A stretch of DNA of 41,625 nt from an archaeon (lineage in GTDB: Archaea; B1Sed10-29; JAJSAI01), in the NCBI GenBank assembly GCA_024274695.1, contig JAJSAI010000028.1, positions 1 to 41,625 on the forward strand. The letters run 5' to 3'. Below the pieces are notes generated by a model. That model was not told where the DNA came from. It did no database searches and was given only the letters and a program-made list of their open reading frames with translations. The position numbers and the translations under genes are program-made. Positions 8,226 through 18,071 of this stretch are shown here, piece after piece (the stretch's first letter is position 1; each line of letters begins with the position of its first letter).

Positions 8226-9494
8226 ATGATAAGCAAGTCGGACCTGAGGGATTATTTTAGGGAAAGGGAAGAGCTTCCAGAAGACATAATGCCAAGAGAA
8301 CTGCAGGTCCCGACCAAGGAAAAGCAGGTGATCTCAGTAATAGGCCCCAGAAGGGCCGGCAAAACGTATTACTTTTTTTCACTAGCGAAAAAACTCGGGT
8401 CATACGCCCACCTCAATTTTGAGGACACACGACTGGCCGAGGCCACTGGCAAGGAAATACGGGACATCCTCAGAGAATACATAGCATTGTATGGAAAGCG
8501 ACCGAAGCACATTTTCCTTGACGAAGTGCAAGAAATCCCAGGATGGGATAGGGCGGTCAGGGAACTGCACGATCTCGGGAAGTACAGGCTGTTCGTGACA
8601 AGTTCTAGCTCCAAGCTCCTGAGCAAAGAGATAAGCAGCAGACTAAGGGGAAGGAGCCTTTCATTCCTCATACTCCCATTCAGCTTCCGGGAATTCCTAA
8701 GGTACAGGAAAACGAAAACAAGAAACCTCTCGCGGGACGAGGAAGCCATTGTCAGGAGCGGTCTCTCGGAGTACCTTGAGTTCGGAGGATTTCCTGACGT
8801 GGTGAAAACCGAGCACAAACTAAGAATACTCAAAGAGTACTACGAGATGACACTGTTCCGGGACTTCGTGGAAAGGCATGGGGTACTAAACATTGAACTG
8901 GCGAGAACGCTTCACGCGTTCATAGTGCAAAATCACTCTCGTGAAATCTCGGTCAGGGCAGCGTACAACAGGATAAGCTCTGTCACGAGGGCTGGAAAAA
9001 ACACCGTGTATGATTACATGGAAAAACTTGAGGACACCATGTTCTTTTTCATGCTGAAAAAGTACTCGCCCAAAGCCCACTTGAGGGAGACCTGGCCCAA
9101 AAAAGTCTACTTGTGCGACACTGGTCTGAGCAAGGTAGTGCGGCCGTCCCCTGACCTAGGGAGGCTCATGGAAAACGCGGTGTTCCTTGACCTCCTGAGA
9201 GAAAAAAACACGAACCCCCTGCTCGAGACATACTACTTAAAGCTCAAGGACGGAGAAGTGGATTTTGTGATAACAGAAGGAAACATGCCCTCCCAATTAC
9301 TACAGGTTACTCTCGCTTCATCCGAGGACGAGCTCGAGCGCAGGGAAGTCCGGAGCCTGATAAAAGCCGGGCGCCTGCTAAGGTGTAAGGATCTCAGGAT
9401 AATAACCTGGGACCACGAGGACGAGAAAAACGTGAGGGGCAAGCGAATCGTGCTGACTCCCTTGTGGAAATGGCTGCTGCAGAGGAGGTTATGA
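8226..9494 (+). CDS. COG1373-type AAA+ ATPase (AAA_14 plus DUF4143)
   Basis: GPRRAGKT, LDEVQ, LRGR, PFSFREF, FGGFP, KKVYLCDTG, MENAVF, EVDF, PLWKWLL. Confidence 0.9.
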   Translation: MISKSDLRDYFREREELPEDIMPRELQVPTKEKQVISVIGPRRAGKTYYFFSLAKKLGSYAHLNFEDTRLAEATGKEIRDILREYIALYGKRPKHIFLDEVQEIPGWDRAVRELHDLGKYRLFVTSSSSKLLSKEISSRLRGRSLSFLILPFSFREFLRYRKTKTRNLSRDEEAIVRSGLSEYLEFGGFPDVVKTEHKLRILKEYYEMTLFRDFVERHGVLNIELARTLHAFIVQNHSREISVRAAYNRISSVTRAGKNTVYDYMEKLEDTMFFFMLKKYSPKAHLRETWPKKVYLCDTGLSKVVRPSPDLGRLMENAVFLDLLREKNTNPLLETYYLKLKDGEVDFVITEGNMPSQLLQVTLASSEDELERREVRSLIKAGRLLRCKDLRIITWDHEDEKNVRGKRIVLTPLWKWLLQRRL

Positions 9495-10243
9495 TGCTCT
9501 CGCTGGTCGGGCTTGGTTTATGGGACGAGCAGGACATCACCCTAAGGGGGCTCCAGGAAGCCAGAGGTGCTGACCTCGTTTTCCTTGAATCGTACACGAG
9601 CAGGCTCATGGGCCTGAACAAGAAAAGGCTGGAGGAGCTCATAGAAAAAGAGGTTAAGGAAGCGGACAGGGAGTTCATAGAATCGGGGAGGGTTCTCGAG
9701 CACGCTGGAGAAAAAAGGGTGTGCGTGCTCGTGGGAGGAGACCCGATGGTGGCCACGACCCACGCTGACCTGGTCCTCAGGGCAAAAGAAAGGGGAATTC
9801 CTGTCAGGATCGTGCATAACGCGAGCATTTATTCTGCCGTGTGCGAGACAGGCCTGCAGGCGTACAAGTTCGGCCGGAGCGCGACCATAGTCTTCTGGGA
9901 GGACAATTACAAGCCCACCAGCTTCTACGACGTGATGGTAAAGAACAAAGAGCTTGGGCTGCACACCCTCTTTTTCCTGGACCTGCGCGCGCATGAGAAC
10001 AGGTTCATGACCGTGCGCGAGGCCCTGCAAGAGCTTCTTGAAATAAGCGCTGAAAGAAAGGATGGGCTCTTCACCCCCCGCACGCGGGTCGTGGCAGTCT
10101 CACGGCTGGGCTCTCCCGAGCAGAGGATAGCGTACGGCGTGGTGGAAAAGATCATGACAGATGACCTCCCGCCACTGAGCGTGATCATAGTCCCTGGAAA
10201 ACTGCATCCCGTGGAAAAAGAGTTCTTAGAAAGCTTGCTTTGA
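9491..10243 (+). CDS. dph5: Diphthine synthase
   Basis: LVGLGL, ESYTS, GDPMVATTH, HNASIYSAV, YKFG, LHTLFFLD. Confidence 0.95.
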   Translation: MMLSLVGLGLWDEQDITLRGLQEARGADLVFLESYTSRLMGLNKKRLEELIEKEVKEADREFIESGRVLEHAGEKRVCVLVGGDPMVATTHADLVLRAKERGIPVRIVHNASIYSAVCETGLQAYKFGRSATIVFWEDNYKPTSFYDVMVKNKELGLHTLFFLDLRAHENRFMTVREALQELLEISAERKDGLFTPRTRVVAVSRLGSPEQRIAYGVVEKIMTDDLPPLSVIIVPGKLHPVEKEFLESLL

Positions 10244-10266
10244 AAAGAAAAAATGACAGAGAAGGA

Positions 10267-10659
10267 CTAGTACCTTCTCCCACCGTAAGATGCTCTTCTC
10301 CTGTACGGGTTCTCATGCTCTTTGGCTGACATGTCATTATCTGTGTTCACTGTTATGTCCCTGTCAACCTGGGTTATTTCCCCGTACCTTCCGGTGTTCA
10401 GGCGAAGGTGGTTCTGGAACGTGCTTGTGTACCCGTTCTTCAGCTCGTAGGTCTTCCCTTCTTCAACAAGGTTTATCTTGTCGTCCCACAAGGTGAGCAC
10501 TACCGTGCCGGTGGAGTCTCCTACGACAACATCGCACACCTTGTGCGTGCTCCCGTCCATCTTGCTGGTGACTTCCCGCACGGGTTGTTTTTCAACCACT
10601 TTAAAGGCCAGATCAATCTGTCTCGCCCCTGGCCTAAGGCTTGCTATATCGGTCTGCAT
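10267..10659 (-). CDS. Single OB-fold single-stranded DNA-binding protein (crenarchaeal SSB-like)
   Basis: VGDSTGTVVLTLW and NGYTSTFQNHLRLNTGRYG, with an Arg/Gly-rich tail. Confidence 0.85.
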   Translation of the reverse strand: MQTDIASLRPGARQIDLAFKVVEKQPVREVTSKMDGSTHKVCDVVVGDSTGTVVLTLWDDKINLVEEGKTYELKNGYTSTFQNHLRLNTGRYGEITQVDRDITVNTDNDMSAKEHENPYRRRASYGGRRY

Positions 10660-10754
10660 GTTCGTTCAACTCTTCAGATTCTGTGCGCGCTCTTTACAGA
10701 AAGAGCACTACAGTTATTCGGCTAGCAGGGTTTATAATACCCTTCTCTTCCCGG

Positions 10755-11909
10755 CTAGAAGTAGGAAATGATCTTGGACAGGACCTCTTCCGCGGTCTCC
10801 CTGAAGAAGATGTCCCTCTCCCTGAGGTAGTCCATGTTCTTGGCGCGCGGAGAAACTGCCCTGACAGGGTTTATGACTATAATCTTTTTCCCAGCCCTCC
10901 TGGCCTGCCTGATCACTCCCCTGCGGTCTGCAGAAACTCCTATAACCAGCAGGGCCCTGGCTTTTTTGCTGAAGGAAACAGGAGTATAGTCAGGGAATAT
11001 CTCCACCTCCTGCAGGGGAGGCCTGCTCTTCCGCGTCGGGATCGTGGGAAGGCCCACGCGCTCAAGAAGCCCGTCCAGGTTGTCCGTGAAAACCTTGAGA
11101 ACAACTCCCTTGTCATGCAACTGTTTGAGGATGTAATGAGACCTTGAAGGGGAGGCTTTCAGGGCGACGATATTGAACCTGCATAACTTTCTGAACTCTG
11201 CCTCAGGATCAGCAGCAAACCTTAACGGAAGAGGATCGTCCTCCCCGAAAATGAAGCCCTTCCCTCGAACGTCCACGTAAAAGTCCTCGTGAATAGAGGG
11301 CAGAGTAGGCACTCCTGCCTCGTACGACAGTCCAGAACCGCACAAGACGTCAAACGGAGCGTACTCCCTCAGGTCATGGTCCTTCGATTCTTTTATCAGC
11401 TTCAGGGGAGGGACCTTGTGAGGTCTTTCAGAGCACAGCCTCCGGAGGACAAGAGGCAGCAGTTTATCTTTCGGGCAGCAGGACACCTCGTACCTTATCA
11501 CTCCCGAACTTCCCCTCTTCCTAAGGCTTGCGGAGATAGTGAACCCGGAAACAGAAAACGTGCTCTTAGCAAGCCGGACCGCGTGCCCTTCAAGAGCGCC
11601 GAGGATTTTCTTGTGAAAGCGTCTGGCCTCGTTGAGAGGAAGCTTGTGCTTGCAGAAAAAGTACGGGCACTCCAGGTAAAGATCCTTCCCATCCACGCTC
11701 AGCCTTCCCTGGAAGTAGACTACCCTGCTCTTTTTTCCAGAGTCTCTCTTCCAGCCCCAATGAATGTTCTTGCGCACGAACTTGAACGCCTGAACGTCAG
11801 AATCGGACAATCCTGTTAGGAAAATCCTGCACGGCACTCTCAATCCTCTCCTGCAAAGTCTGCCGGGAAAAACGGTCGCGGACCGCTCGGCACTCAAAAT
11901 CTTCTTCAT
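10755..11909 (-). CDS. Atypical SIR2/sirtuin-domain protein with N-terminal extension
   Basis: LCGSGLSYEAGVP (GAGIS-like), PSRSH, FTDNLDGLLERVG (TQNID-like), LLVIGVS, IIVINP. Confidence 0.7.
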   Translation of the reverse strand: MKKILSAERSATVFPGRLCRRGLRVPCRIFLTGLSDSDVQAFKFVRKNIHWGWKRDSGKKSRVVYFQGRLSVDGKDLYLECPYFFCKHKLPLNEARRFHKKILGALEGHAVRLAKSTFSVSGFTISASLRKRGSSGVIRYEVSCCPKDKLLPLVLRRLCSERPHKVPPLKLIKESKDHDLREYAPFDVLCGSGLSYEAGVPTLPSIHEDFYVDVRGKGFIFGEDDPLPLRFAADPEAEFRKLCRFNIVALKASPSRSHYILKQLHDKGVVLKVFTDNLDGLLERVGLPTIPTRKSRPPLQEVEIFPDYTPVSFSKKARALLVIGVSADRRGVIRQARRAGKKIIVINPVRAVSPRAKNMDYLRERDIFFRETAEEVLSKIISYF

Positions 11910-12008
11910 CCCCCGGCGAGCCCCGGGGTGGGAAGCCTGGTCGTCGTCATCGCGGCTCCTGAAACTTTTATATTCCTACCCTCATTTAAGGGTTTTGGGT
12001 GACTTCCT

Positions 12009-12344
12009 GTGACAGAAGAGTGGCTGAAGGCGTTCAAAAAAGCCGAGAAAAACCCAACGCGGCAGAACGTGTGCAACGCGATAATACAGTGCTTCATAGA
12101 AGCGAACAAAGAAATGTACAAAGGAGAAAAACTCCTCTCAGAAAAAGAGATTGAAGAGATCGTAAAAACGCGCGTGCTAGACCTCTGCAAGGAGCTTGCA
12201 ATAGACCCAGACAATCCATCCAAGGACGAGCTGAAGCGCCTCATAGACGCGCTGAAAAAAGAGTCGGAGGGAGTGAGGGACAAGAAAACAATAGAAAAAC
12301 ACTACATGGAATGCTTATACCTGATAAACCTGATAAAAGAATAG
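12009..12344 (+). CDS. Hypothetical all-helical protein
   Basis: 111-aa ORF with typical composition and an upstream TTTATA. Function not recognised. Confidence 0.7.
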   Translation: MTEEWLKAFKKAEKNPTRQNVCNAIIQCFIEANKEMYKGEKLLSEKEIEEIVKTRVLDLCKELAIDPDNPSKDELKRLIDALKKESEGVRDKKTIEKHYMECLYLINLIKE

Positions 12345-12366
12345 GTTTTGGACGGTGGGAAAACAG

Positions 12367-12639
12367 ATGGAGAACATCAAGCCGAGGGTTCCTTCAGGGA
12401 AGCTCGAGTTCTGCCTGAACGAGACCAAGAAAGCTCTTGAGAGAATAAGGGTCTTGGACGAGAAGGCTGAAGAACTCCTTAAATTCGCGAGAGACTACTA
12501 TAATGACGCGGTCCACTACAAGGAGGCAGACCCTGCGACCTCCCTGGAGGCAGTAGCATACGCCCACGGTTTCATAGACGCATGCGTGCTCCTGGGACTG
12601 GCGGAGATACCCGGGTATCACCTGACCAAAAAAGAATAA
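12367..12639 (+). CDS. DUF357 family protein
   Basis: ARDYYNDAVHY ... AVAYAHGFIDA signature. Confidence 0.85.
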   Translation: MENIKPRVPSGKLEFCLNETKKALERIRVLDEKAEELLKFARDYYNDAVHYKEADPATSLEAVAYAHGFIDACVLLGLAEIPGYHLTKKE

Positions 12640-12679
12640 AAACAACGTCTTCTTTTTCTTCCTCCAGGAGGGAAGGGTA

Positions 12680-13099
12680 ATGCAACTTCCTGAAGTAGAG
12701 TGGAAAAAGGTTCTCGCGCTGGCGGGCGTTATCGTGGCGCTTGGAATACTGTGGACTGTGCTGTCCTTTTCAGGAACGAGCGTGCTGAGAGCCTGGTTCT
12801 CAGACCCTGTTGTCTCTCCGGGAAGCAAGACCGTTCTGAACGTTGAAGTGAACAACCTGCTGGACTCTGACGTTCAGGAGCTGGTGGTGTCAGTAGAACC
12901 GAAGGACAAGGATACTGTTATCGTGCTCACAGACCCCTCACAGAGGTTATCCCATTTCGGCAAGGGGGAGAACAGAATCCTGCAGTTCCCTGTGATGGTC
13001 GGAGGGAGCGCGGTCAGCGGAAGGTACTCCATCGTAGTAAGAGCGTTGCTAGACGGAAAAGAGTACCATGAGACAGTGTTCATAGAGGTGAAAAAATGA
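12680..13099 (+). CDS. Membrane-anchored Ig-like (CARDB-like) protein
   Basis: N-terminal TM helix followed by a beta-rich domain (PGSKTVLNVEVNN ... GRYSIVV). Confidence 0.6.
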   Translation: MQLPEVEWKKVLALAGVIVALGILWTVLSFSGTSVLRAWFSDPVVSPGSKTVLNVEVNNLLDSDVQELVVSVEPKDKDTVIVLTDPSQRLSHFGKGENRILQFPVMVGGSAVSGRYSIVVRALLDGKEYHETVFIEVKK

Positions 13100-13275
13100 A
13101 CGGAAAGTTTGACCTGGAACTAACCCACAAGCTCGACGAGGACCTCCTGAAAATGGGGTTCAAGACCGCGAACCCTGTCGCGGTCGAGCTGACGAAAATC
13201 TGCATTGAGACCGGGAAAAAACCGGAGGAGGTTCTCAAGGTGTACAAAGAGATACTCCGGGGGCTGGTGGAATGA
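13096..13275 (+). CDS. Small hypothetical protein (59 aa)
   Basis: MNGKFDLELTHK...EILRGLVE. ATGA overlaps with both flanking genes and a GAGGTG SD lies upstream. Below the ORF-track cutoff. Confidence 0.75.
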   Translation: MNGKFDLELTHKLDEDLLKMGFKTANPVAVELTKICIETGKKPEEVLKVYKEILRGLVE

Positions 13276-13901
13276 ACGCGTCAGACGTTGTCGCGCTCGC
13301 CCTGCTGGCGGTCACAGTAGGGATCACCGCAGGAGCGTTCCAAACGCTTCCTGAAAAGGTCCCAGTGCACTGGAACGCGGAAGGCAGGATCGACGGGTGG
13401 GCTGACAAGAGCTTCCTGTGGATCACTCCGATCCTTTCAGCAGGAATGCTGGGCCTCTTCCGGATAGTACCGAAAATCGCCGTTAAGAAAGAGGCTTTTG
13501 AAAAAAGCAAGAAGTACTACAATGTTATGGTCCTTGCAGTGCTAGGATTCCTGTTACTACTGCAGGCAGGGCTCCTTGCTACCGCGGCCAATCCGGAGAC
13601 GGATATAGGCATCGTGCTCTACCCTGGCGTGGCGTTCATGTTCCTGGCAATGGGGTGGTCCACGGCAAAATTCGAGCCAAACTATTTCGTGGGGTTCAGG
13701 ACCCCCTGGGCTCTCGCTGACAAGAGGGTCTGGAAAAAGACCCAGGCGTACGGGGGGAAGACCATGATGCTCTTGTCCATCATGGTCCTCGCCAACGTTT
13801 TCGTGAACAACTTCTTCCTATTCTTCCTGGCGCCCCTGGTATTATGGGCTTTCAGCGTGTTCGTCTACTCCTATACAGTGTACAAGAGGCTGAGAAGATG
13901 A
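13272..13901 (+). CDS. SdpI/DUF1648 family membrane protein
   Basis: LPEKVPVHWNAEGRIDGW and PNYFVGFRTPWALAD.VWKKT. Confidence 0.9.
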   Translation: MNASDVVALALLAVTVGITAGAFQTLPEKVPVHWNAEGRIDGWADKSFLWITPILSAGMLGLFRIVPKIAVKKEAFEKSKKYYNVMVLAVLGFLLLLQAGLLATAANPETDIGIVLYPGVAFMFLAMGWSTAKFEPNYFVGFRTPWALADKRVWKKTQAYGGKTMMLLSIMVLANVFVNNFFLFFLAPLVLWAFSVFVYSYTVYKRLRR

Positions 13902-14740
13902 ACGCCTTCAGAGAACTCTTGTTCGGGCCAGGAGGGATCCCTGGCTCTGCCAAGGGCAGGGGAACGGCAGAAGGAGTGAGGGAAGTCAAAAAACTAGGGC
14001 TTGGAGCCATGGAACTGGAGTTCGTGAGGGGAGTTAACCTTAGCCGGGAGAAGGCCGCGGAAGTGGCGGAAGCAAGGAGAGAAACTGGTGTTGTCCTGAC
14101 AGCCCACGGGCCGTACTACATTAACCTGAACTCTTCCGATCCTGCCAAAAGAAAGGCCAGTGTGGAAAGGATCCTCAAGACCGCGAGGATCGCGCACGCG
14201 TGCGGCGCGTGGTCCATAACATTTCACGCAGCATACTACCAGAAAACACCGGCAGAAAGGGTGTACAACACAGTCAAGAAATCCCTGGAGGGAATAGTGA
14301 AAAGGCTGCAGGACGAGGGCGTGCGCGTGTGGATACGGCCTGAGGTCAGCGGAAAACCATCCCAGTTCGGGTCACTTGAGGAAATAATCCGCCTCTCCCA
14401 GGACCTGGAGATGGTCGCGCCGTGCATTGATTTTGCTCACTTGCACGCGAGAACCAACGGGAGGTACAACTCGCGGGAAGAATGGGAACAGGTCCTGGAT
14501 CTTGTGGAAAAAGAGCTTGGCAAGCAGGCCCTGAAGCAGATGCACGTTCACTTAAGCGGAATAGAGTACTCAGAAAAAGGAGAGAGGAACCACTTGATGC
14601 TGGACGATTCTGACCTGAAATGGAAGGAGCTCTTCCGCGTGTGGAAGGAATACAAGATTGCAGGGTGCGTAATATCAGAAACCCCTGACCCCACAGAAGG
14701 AGCCCTGCAAATGCAGAGAGAATGGGAGCGGATGAAATGA
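13898..14740 (+). CDS. nfo: Endonuclease IV / AP endonuclease family 2
   Basis: LTAHGPYYINL, FHA, PE..GK..QFG, CIDFAHLHAR, HVHLSGI, GERNH, ISE. Confidence 0.88.
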   Translation: MNAFRELLFGPGGIPGSAKGRGTAEGVREVKKLGLGAMELEFVRGVNLSREKAAEVAEARRETGVVLTAHGPYYINLNSSDPAKRKASVERILKTARIAHACGAWSITFHAAYYQKTPAERVYNTVKKSLEGIVKRLQDEGVRVWIRPEVSGKPSQFGSLEEIIRLSQDLEMVAPCIDFAHLHARTNGRYNSREEWEQVLDLVEKELGKQALKQMHVHLSGIEYSEKGERNHLMLDDSDLKWKELFRVWKEYKIAGCVISETPDPTEGALQMQREWERMK

Positions 14741-15897
14741 TGAACTTTTTCCTGTTCTTGGGAATAGGGTTCTTGTTCACATTCGTTGTGGGCAGGACTC
14801 TTGAAAGAATTAAGGTCCCCTGGATCTTCGCGGCGCTCTTGTTCGGAGTCCTGCTGTCAGTCTACAACCCATTCGCGTCCTCCTTGAAAAGCTCTGCGTT
14901 CAAAATGCTCGCGGACCTGGGAATGTACTTCCTGCTGTTCATCATAGGCCTGGAGATAGACCTTAACGAGTTCAAGAAGACAGGCAAGTTCATAATAGAG
15001 TCCACAATAGTAATAACCCTGCTCGGAGCACTAGGCGGGGCAGTGGTCATAAGACTCTTCTTCGGATACGATTGGCTCCTGTCAGCAATCCTAGGGCTTT
15101 CTTTCGCCACGGTCGGAGAAGCCATCCTGATACCCATCCTTGACGAGTTCAGGATAGTCAACACCCGCCTGGGCCAGACAATAATAGGCGTGGGAGTGCT
15201 GGACGACGCGTTTGAACTGCTTGCTCTCGTTCTCGCGGTAGCACTGATGGGAGTCAGCGCGTCAGGAGGCATGAACTTCACTGTCGTGGGAGTCTCCCTC
15301 CTGGCGCTCCTTGCCATGACCTTCTCCCTGACCAAACTGGGAGAGGAAGGACGGAAAATAAGGATATTCAAGGTAGAAACACTCTTCTTCCTGGTGATCG
15401 CAATATTCTTCGTGTTCTTAGGAGTGGGATGGTACGCTGACTCTGCAGCGATAGCAGCACTGCTCGCAGGTGTTGCCATAAAAGCGTTCATACCCCGCAA
15501 GAGACTTGACCTGATCGAAACAGAAATGAAGGCAGTATGCTACGGGCTGTTCGCGCCCATGTTCTTCATGTACGTAGGCGCGTCAATGGACATGACGTAC
15601 CTGGCGAAGTACCCTCTCACCATTATAGCGATAGTAGCCGCGTCAGGACTATCAAAGCTCCTGGGAAGCTACATAGTGGGAATCAAGCGCATGGGGTTCA
15701 AGGACGCGACGCTCCTTGGAATAGGCCTCTCAGTAAGGTTCAGTACGAGCATAGTCATAATAACCATACTGTACAATTCTCGGATAATCAGCTCAGAAGT
15801 GTTCTCGGTTATAGTAGCGTCAAGCATCATTTTCACCATCTTCATCCCAGTGCTGTTCGCGCAGTTACTCGCAAGATGGAAGAAGGAAAGCGTCTGA
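14737..15897 (+). CDS. Cation:proton antiporter (CPA2 family)
   Basis: About 12 TM segments, with LGMYFLLFIIGLE, GVLDD and FAPMFF.YVG. Confidence 0.88.
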   Translation: MMNFFLFLGIGFLFTFVVGRTLERIKVPWIFAALLFGVLLSVYNPFASSLKSSAFKMLADLGMYFLLFIIGLEIDLNEFKKTGKFIIESTIVITLLGALGGAVVIRLFFGYDWLLSAILGLSFATVGEAILIPILDEFRIVNTRLGQTIIGVGVLDDAFELLALVLAVALMGVSASGGMNFTVVGVSLLALLAMTFSLTKLGEEGRKIRIFKVETLFFLVIAIFFVFLGVGWYADSAAIAALLAGVAIKAFIPRKRLDLIETEMKAVCYGLFAPMFFMYVGASMDMTYLAKYPLTIIAIVAASGLSKLLGSYIVGIKRMGFKDATLLGIGLSVRFSTSIVIITILYNSRIISSEVFSVIVASSIIFTIFIPVLFAQLLARWKKESV

Positions 15898-15990
15898 AAG
15901 AACAGGCTCAAGAGCACGCCCTGTCTTTACTCGAAAACGCGCAGGATCCTGCCGAAACACTCTTTTTTTCTTAAGGAGTAAGTGTACCTG

Positions 15991-17022
15991 ATGAAAAGAA
16001 CAGGAATCCTTGACTCTCCCCTGCACCCTGGAAAGTGCCCTCCCTGGCTTTTCCAGAGGATGAAAAGACTCGGGGGGCTCATAGGAAAAGCAGTAATAGA
16101 AGAGCATGGGGAGCGGGAGCTCTTGAAAAGGATCGCGGACCCCCTGTTTTTCCAGGCCCTGGGCTGCGTGCTGGGGTTCGACTGGCACAGCAGCGGCCTG
16201 ACCACGACCGTGTGCGGCGCTCTGGCAGAAGGGTTCAGGGAACAGGATCTGAGCGTCAGGGTGCTCGGGGGTAAGGGGCTCAGGAGCAGGAAAACTCCTG
16301 AACAAATCAGGGCACTGTCAAGAGAGTGGAACCTGGATCCCCTGCCGCTGGAAAAAGCTAGTAGGATGAGCGCGAAGGTTGACAATGCGCTCGTGCAGGA
16401 CGGGCACCAGTTGTACCACCATTCTTTTTTCCTGGCCGAGACCGGGGACTGGGCCGTGGTCCAGCAGGGGATGAACCAGCACTCAAGAACCGCGAGAAGG
16501 TACCACTGGCTCGGAGAGAGAGTGAGCTCCTTCGTGGTGGAACCACAGGCAGGGATAGCAGGAAAACCTGCCGAGAACGTGCTGGACCTCACCGCGAGGG
16601 AAGGAGAGGATAACAGGAAAGCGTGCTTGGACGTCTTGATGGAAGGAGAGTACAAGAAAATGCCTGACCGGCACCAGATAACCCCTGCTGACCTGACAAA
16701 AGGAGACATTGAGTTTTTTGAGAGGGTAAGGAGGCTTGAACCGAACGACTACGAGGAGCTCGTGGCAGTCAGGGGAATGGGGCCCAAGAGGCTCAGGGCA
16801 CTAGCCCTCGTTGCCGGGATCGTCTACGGGGCCGAGCCGGTGTGGAGGGATCCAGTAAAGTTTTCCTTCGCGCACGGGGGAAAGGACAGGATCCCGTACC
16901 CCGTGAACAGGAAGGTCTATGACGAGAACATCAGGTTCCTGGAAGAAGCGCTTGATAGAGTAAAAGGGCAGGAAAAGAAGAGAGCCATGAAGAAACTTGT
17001 TCAGCTCACACTGGCCGACTGA
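15991..17022 (+). CDS. DUF763 family protein
   Basis: PPWLF.RM, DP.FFQALG..LGFDWHSSG.TT, AKVDN...QDG..LYHH, FSFAHGGKD..P.P. Confidence 0.9.
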   Translation: MKRTGILDSPLHPGKCPPWLFQRMKRLGGLIGKAVIEEHGERELLKRIADPLFFQALGCVLGFDWHSSGLTTTVCGALAEGFREQDLSVRVLGGKGLRSRKTPEQIRALSREWNLDPLPLEKASRMSAKVDNALVQDGHQLYHHSFFLAETGDWAVVQQGMNQHSRTARRYHWLGERVSSFVVEPQAGIAGKPAENVLDLTAREGEDNRKACLDVLMEGEYKKMPDRHQITPADLTKGDIEFFERVRRLEPNDYEELVAVRGMGPKRLRALALVAGIVYGAEPVWRDPVKFSFAHGGKDRIPYPVNRKVYDENIRFLEEALDRVKGQEKKRAMKKLVQLTLAD

Positions 17023-17065
17023 AAAACAAAAACAGTAATATACCCTGTTAGGGCTTAAGCTCACC

Positions 17066-17284
17066 ATGAAGATCAGGGTGAAAGTGGTCCCAAAGTCTTC
17101 GAGAGTCTCGGTCTCAGAGGAAAACGGCTGGCTGAAGGTGAGGTTGACCGCGGCCCCTGAAAAAGGGAAGGCGAACAAGCAGCTGGTGGACGTGCTGGCA
17201 GAATACTATCACGTGAGCAAGTCTAGGGTCAGGATCGTTTCAGGAAAAACATCCCAGGAGAAGATTGTGGAAATAGAAAAGTGA
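17066..17284 (+). CDS. DUF167/YggU (UPF0235) protein
   Basis: VKVVPKS ... LTAAPEKGKANKQL ... IVSGKTSQEK. Confidence 0.9.
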   Translation: MKIRVKVVPKSSRVSVSEENGWLKVRLTAAPEKGKANKQLVDVLAEYYHVSKSRVRIVSGKTSQEKIVEIEK

Positions 17285-17303
17285 TACGAAAAAACGGGGG
17301 AAA

Positions 17304-18065
17304 TTATTTCCCCAGAAGCCTCCAGCAGAGCTCGCGGAACAGGGTTATCACCTGAGGCCATCCCTTGTCAGGAACCCACTCCACAAGGTCCGCGTGCTTA
17401 AAACTGGCATATCTTATGAGGTTCACTACCCTTGACAAGGGCTTTCCAGGGGCCTCTGGCCACGCGGTCCCAACAAGGGAGGGGTCAAGAACATCAACAT
17501 CCAGGGACAGGTAATCAGCTTCTCCAGCGAAGTCAAGGTCGCTGGACCAGTCTATCCCGTCCCGGGCAAGGGCGTTATGCTCTTCTTTTGAAAAAACCCT
17601 CGTCCCCCTCATCACAACTTGTCTGCCCTGCTCGACAAGCCTTCTTGCGCTCGTGGCCTGTGCAAACTTTTCTCCGTCCATCTCGTTATAGTAGTCAGGA
17701 TGGGCGTCAACCCAGAGTATTCTTTTAGCCCCTAGAACGCTTGCGGTAACCTGTGTTATCGTGTGATCGCCTCCCACGAAAAGGAATCTCATTCCCGGGT
17801 TCTTTTCTCTAGCCTCGTTCACCTTCTCCTGAACTTCTTGCACGAGCCCAGCGTAACTGGCGGGAGAGATCACTCCAAGAAACGCGACAGGCTCTTCTGC
17901 CAGGTCCCCTCTCCTCGGGTCAAACGTTTCCATGAAGGAGAGGTAATGCTGCAGGACATTAGGAGCGCTCGCCGTGCCTCTGACCCCCTGGTTTCCGGCG
18001 TCGTATGCTATCCCGAGGACTCCTACCCTGGCAGCTTCAACCGGTGTTTCCATGAATCCAGTCAT
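17304..18065 (-). CDS. Agmatinase / arginase-family protein
   Basis: GGDHT, DAHPD and SLDVDVLDPS metal-binding motifs. Confidence 0.85.
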   Translation of the reverse strand: MTGFMETPVEAARVGVLGIAYDAGNQGVRGTASAPNVLQHYLSFMETFDPRRGDLAEEPVAFLGVISPASYAGLVQEVQEKVNEAREKNPGMRFLFVGGDHTITQVTASVLGAKRILWVDAHPDYYNEMDGEKFAQATSARRLVEQGRQVVMRGTRVFSKEEHNALARDGIDWSSDLDFAGEADYLSLDVDVLDPSLVGTAWPEAPGKPLSRVVNLIRYASFKHADLVEWVPDKGWPQVITLFRELCWRLLGK

Positions 18066-18071
18066 GATCCC

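Noticed and set aside
10755-11909. Sirtuin as a Thoeris, Sir2-HerA or Argonaute-type defence system
   Set aside because: No TIR, HerA or Argonaute partner is adjacent.
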